This document shows, piece by piece, positions 62,301 through 64,000 of a stretch of 64,000 nucleotides of DNA; position 1 is the first letter of the stretch, and each line of letters opens with the position of its first letter. The position numbers were made by a program, and so were the translations under genes. This DNA comes from Enoplolaimus lenunculus (lineage: Eukaryota). The DNA lies in NCBI GenBank assembly GCA_030248215.1, contig JASANG010003092.1, positions 310,001 through 374,000 on the forward strand. Reading direction: 5' to 3'. The notes below the pieces were generated by a model that saw only the letters and a list, made by a program, of their open reading frames with translations, ran no database searches and had not been told where the DNA came from.

Positions 62301-63148
62301 AAAGAAAAACTTTATAAAAGCCGTGTTAAAATGAGTTTACCTTAAACTGATCCAACGTTGCATACTCATCCTGGTTAATCTTTTCACGAATTGTGTAGAA
62401 ATCCATTGGATACTCAATAACTGTTGAGTAATTCACTGCTTGCTTGTCAGTTGTTGGGTTCACAAAATATCGTCCAAAACTACGCCTAAAACAGTCAAGC
62501 AAATAAAAAGTATGCCACATTTTTGGGAGTGTTAAGTAAATTTCAATTTTAAATGTGTTTACTCGGAAAATAGTGCTAGACATGGTTCCACGGGGTTCTG
62601 TAAAACGTTATGATGAATCGCTAAAGATTAGCTTAAACCACATTTTTTCCACAGTTTTCTAAGAAATGCAGCACCTGGTAATTGAATCATGATACTTTTT
62701 TCAAGTTCCAAATTTATCAATTTCTGTCGCGGATAAGGCAAAAGTTTTACCTGAAAGAAGTATGCTGCCAAGTTACAAAAACTACAACAAATACCTCTGA
62801 TGACATGAATCAGAACGCTAGTATGATTAATTTGATTATTTTTAATTTTCTCGCAACTAAAAGCTCCTACCGTTCCAAAATATTCGTTAGCGTTTCAAGC
62901 AATTGTTGAAATGGGCTGTACTTTGAAGTATCGAAATTCTGGGGTGGCGGTGGAGTCCCGCAGATCGGTTGCCCATCTTGGTCAGTTTTTAACTCGCTAA
63001 CGGTCACCGTATCACAGCTGTGCGACGGCGCAGAACAATCCATATCTGTTTTTGCAATGATTGAAACCGGTTGCATAACATGTTTTTCAAGATGAATTTG
63101 CACATCACTTATAACTGACGGAGCAGGTGACTGTTCGCATCGCTCAGC
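50374..63148 (-). CDS. BRD7: Bromodomain-containing protein 7/9 family (bromodomain + DUF3512-like region); 5' end not resolved
   Basis: Exons 63148-62871, 62485-62341, 62053-61943, 61305-61193, 60467-60356, 59927-59714, 58434-58299, 57454-57343, 56621-56556, 56350-56269, 55895-55671, 54878-54838, 50749-50627, 50412-50374 (stop), all phase-consistent. Bromodomain YSTVIEYPMDF..IREKI..EY..LDQFK..LTICSNA; family motifs FTEDKRN, LDYGSFASFAPTYDSTWATLSKDDS, LDALTGGEHS, LKSLADDGIDVAFL. BRD7 and BRD9 cannot be distinguished. Confidence 0.88.
50796..50911 (+). ncRNA. Candidate HDV-like self-cleaving ribozyme with an insertion in L3
   Basis: Hand pairing: P1 GGACCT/GGGTCT, imperfect P2 GTACACA/TGGCGTAC, P3 GCG/CGC, L3 start TCTTCG, P4 CCAGC/GCTGG, J4/2 CCAA. 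G1 coincides with the element's 5' junction. P1.1 and the L3 insertion are non-canonical. Confidence 0.45.
50903..51319 (+). CDS. N-terminal part of the retrotransposon ORF: 2A-like peptide + PHD finger (different frame from APE-RT)
   Basis: ATG at 50903; LLRILLIRAGIEQNPG/P (50975-51025); then CGVC..CKHCKKYIH..C..CERC, a C4HC3 PHD pattern (51041-51190). Confidence 0.85.
   Translation: MAYNHFPRSSEPVFLFAEWATPATLLRILLIRAGIEQNPGPNPRWPCGVCGNAVTRNEWSVKCKHCKKYIHMGTRNCAKLDGTDNYNHDTFKCERCLDNVAPNQRHYSNLQAKATRELKCNLRYPTILKVFSKSCSSM
51259..54354 (+). CDS. Retrotransposon polyprotein: AP-like endonuclease + reverse transcriptase + C-terminal CCHC finger
   Basis: APE motifs QFNVNG, IQES, GDINAH, SPDVS, SDHLP. 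RT motifs WRPISLL, QHGFR, DLTAAFDTV, GVVQGGVLSP, YADD, LLGVTLD. C-terminal CPDC..HIFNC. The frame is open from 51184 with no ATG before the APE domain. Confidence 0.96.
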   Translation: MQPAVSDNSEGVFKILQFNVNGIRNKLAEVLQFLDDSQFHVAVIQESKLTHSAKIKTPGWSCIRTDRPSDNGGGGLLIMVKETINFSVLSIPTRSGDVNIEQSGITVNLDGSAINIINCYIPPQSSCTLAYTASIEHLLLPGSTIVLGDINAHHDLWFSNHNADTRGESIAEELQASNFTPINEDSPTRLPSNGPGTSPDVSIVSNDLALSANWYTTTALSSDHLPITITLSTAKTTAKATNNCFTNFKKAKWDNFRRHCEGAFDQMTYPVDPDKAERAFRTVLLDASDRYIPKGRVPKMEPYRIPERVQNLIKQRDALRSEDPNDDRIQALNDEISNNIFTDKRQKWRDMMSAVSYRTGTTELWQRIKALNCKANVIKNQGVTFNGKTHTSNASIANKFCHQYVPKTPPIKGNKSRRQNLRAASNLPLNDAPIFSADDTRKAIMSSKSSKAMGPDGLTVLHLKHLGRSAINFLTSIFNTSIKTSIIPSVWKKSVIIPLPKPGKDATAGENWRPISLLCNTAKIMEKLLLPLLVKRLPLQPSQHGFRRNHSTTTALANIVADIANGFNQQRPAYRTVLVAVDLTAAFDTVDHDSLTDLILRLPAPSSARRWVINYIRGRQAKVLFRNQLSSARTVQYGVVQGGVLSPSLFNLYMADLPTPPANVKVVSYADDVTIYTSGSVIADLKDKLNAYIPRVAEFFDSRKLTVSTSKSSVTLFTPQTAQAKIHPQINFKGHLLPLVKNPKLLGVTLDTMMCFGAHCKILSARVQQRNSILKALAGSTWGSDKETLLLSYRAISRSILSYCCPVWEPILTETHWTRLQRSQNTALRIAIGCMQMTDIDDLHREAKELPVKKHNQLIARQFAFSSHHPAHPCHDSCIKQVPARPNMKPTVWYKHSAEYTHLLPPGGRLDDENLKAGIKSLHSSAVESAKHGYKQNLVLGGYPPPICSTEESLPCQVRTHLAQLRSGYSRHLNSYLARINNQIVDVCPDCNVGPHNTAHIFNCAAKPTNLTEESLWTDPVAVAKHLGYQI
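60914..60972. repeat. (AAT)n microsatellite
   Basis: Interrupted AAT run seen directly. Confidence 0.95.
61442..61847. mobile_element. hAT-type MITE, diverged relative of 43195-43603
   Basis: CAGGGTTCCAAC..CCGGTTGAACCCTG termini; (GGAACA)n subrepeats. Confidence 0.7.
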
Positions 63149-64000
63149 CTAAAACGAAAAGTGCATAACAAGTAGTGTGTATGATTTTTAAATTAACATA
63201 CATACTGTAATTTGTACATTTTTACTATGGTAGCTGGCCCAAACATTGAATAAAAACCAAGGATGGGCGGTCTCGGTCAAAAAAGCGAGACCGATACGAG
63301 GCCCAGCCCACCGAGACCGAGACTTTTGGTCTCGGTCACGGTCAATTTTTAATCGTTACCGAAAATAAAACGATTTTTAACAAAACATTTTAATATTTTT
63401 ATCTGCTTTGAATTGCCGATCCATACAATTAAACTACAAATCGCCACCAAAATTTATTTTTTACTTTATTTTTATTTTCCACTTGGCTACTGTCGCCATA
63501 TTCTTCGAACAGGCTCAGGACTAATCCCACTGTCTTAAAAACAACCTCGGCACAATCCCTAATTTAGAGCTATAGTGTTGTTTTTGCTCCCAGGAAAACC
63601 AAATAGACTGCAAAATATTTCAACATAGCGTGACGTTATAAATGCGTATGACCCATAATTTTACAAACGATGTCGTAAATGTTTTGAACGCGACAAAGCA
63701 ACTAGTTGTGTTTTGTCACAATAAAATCAAAGCGTTTTGGGTTTCCTTTCCAAAAAAGAATTTTAAGTAACCTAAGGGGTAATTCAGTTTTCAAATCGTT
63801 GTATAACCGAATAGCGGTGCTCCACAATCGTTCGCTGTCTACCCACCGAAAAAATTGTGTTCTTATAGTTTATCGTGTTTTTCATAGCTTTGTTGTTTTT
63901 CAGAATATCCGCTGGTAAGTATTGCGTAACTATGAAATTTCATAATTTCGCAAAAAAATTTCATTTGCAGCCATCACTTACTTCAACAATAAAGTCATAC

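Noticed and set aside
63481..63532. Next upstream BRD7/9 exon (TVGLVLSLFEEYGDSSQ)
   Set aside because: The phase fits but the donor is weak and no homology was recognised, so it was left out of the model.

Overview
Intron-rich, AT-rich animal genomic DNA (invertebrate-like; the taxon cannot be determined from sequence alone). Three host genes can be spliced together by hand with GT-AG introns and consistent phases: GRAMD1/Aster (+, about 728-34347, two alternative N-termini), SPG21/maspardin (-, 39226-45466, complete) and BRD7/BRD9 (-, 50374 to beyond 63148, 5' end not resolved). The most notable element is a young, full-length non-LTR retrotransposon (50796-54391) in a BRD7/9 intron. It has a candidate HDV-like ribozyme starting exactly at its 5' junction, a 2A-like GIEQNPGP peptide, PHD finger, APE, RT and CCHC domains, one frame break and an (ATC)5 tail. 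The BRD7/9 bromodomain has Tyr in place of the acetyl-lysine-anchoring Asn. The rest is dense with MITEs (hAT, Tc1/pogo, CACTG-ended, PIF-like), a DINE/Helentron-like element with an octamer array, a tRNA-derived SINE head and two minisatellites. All calls were made by eye; no searches or folding were run.
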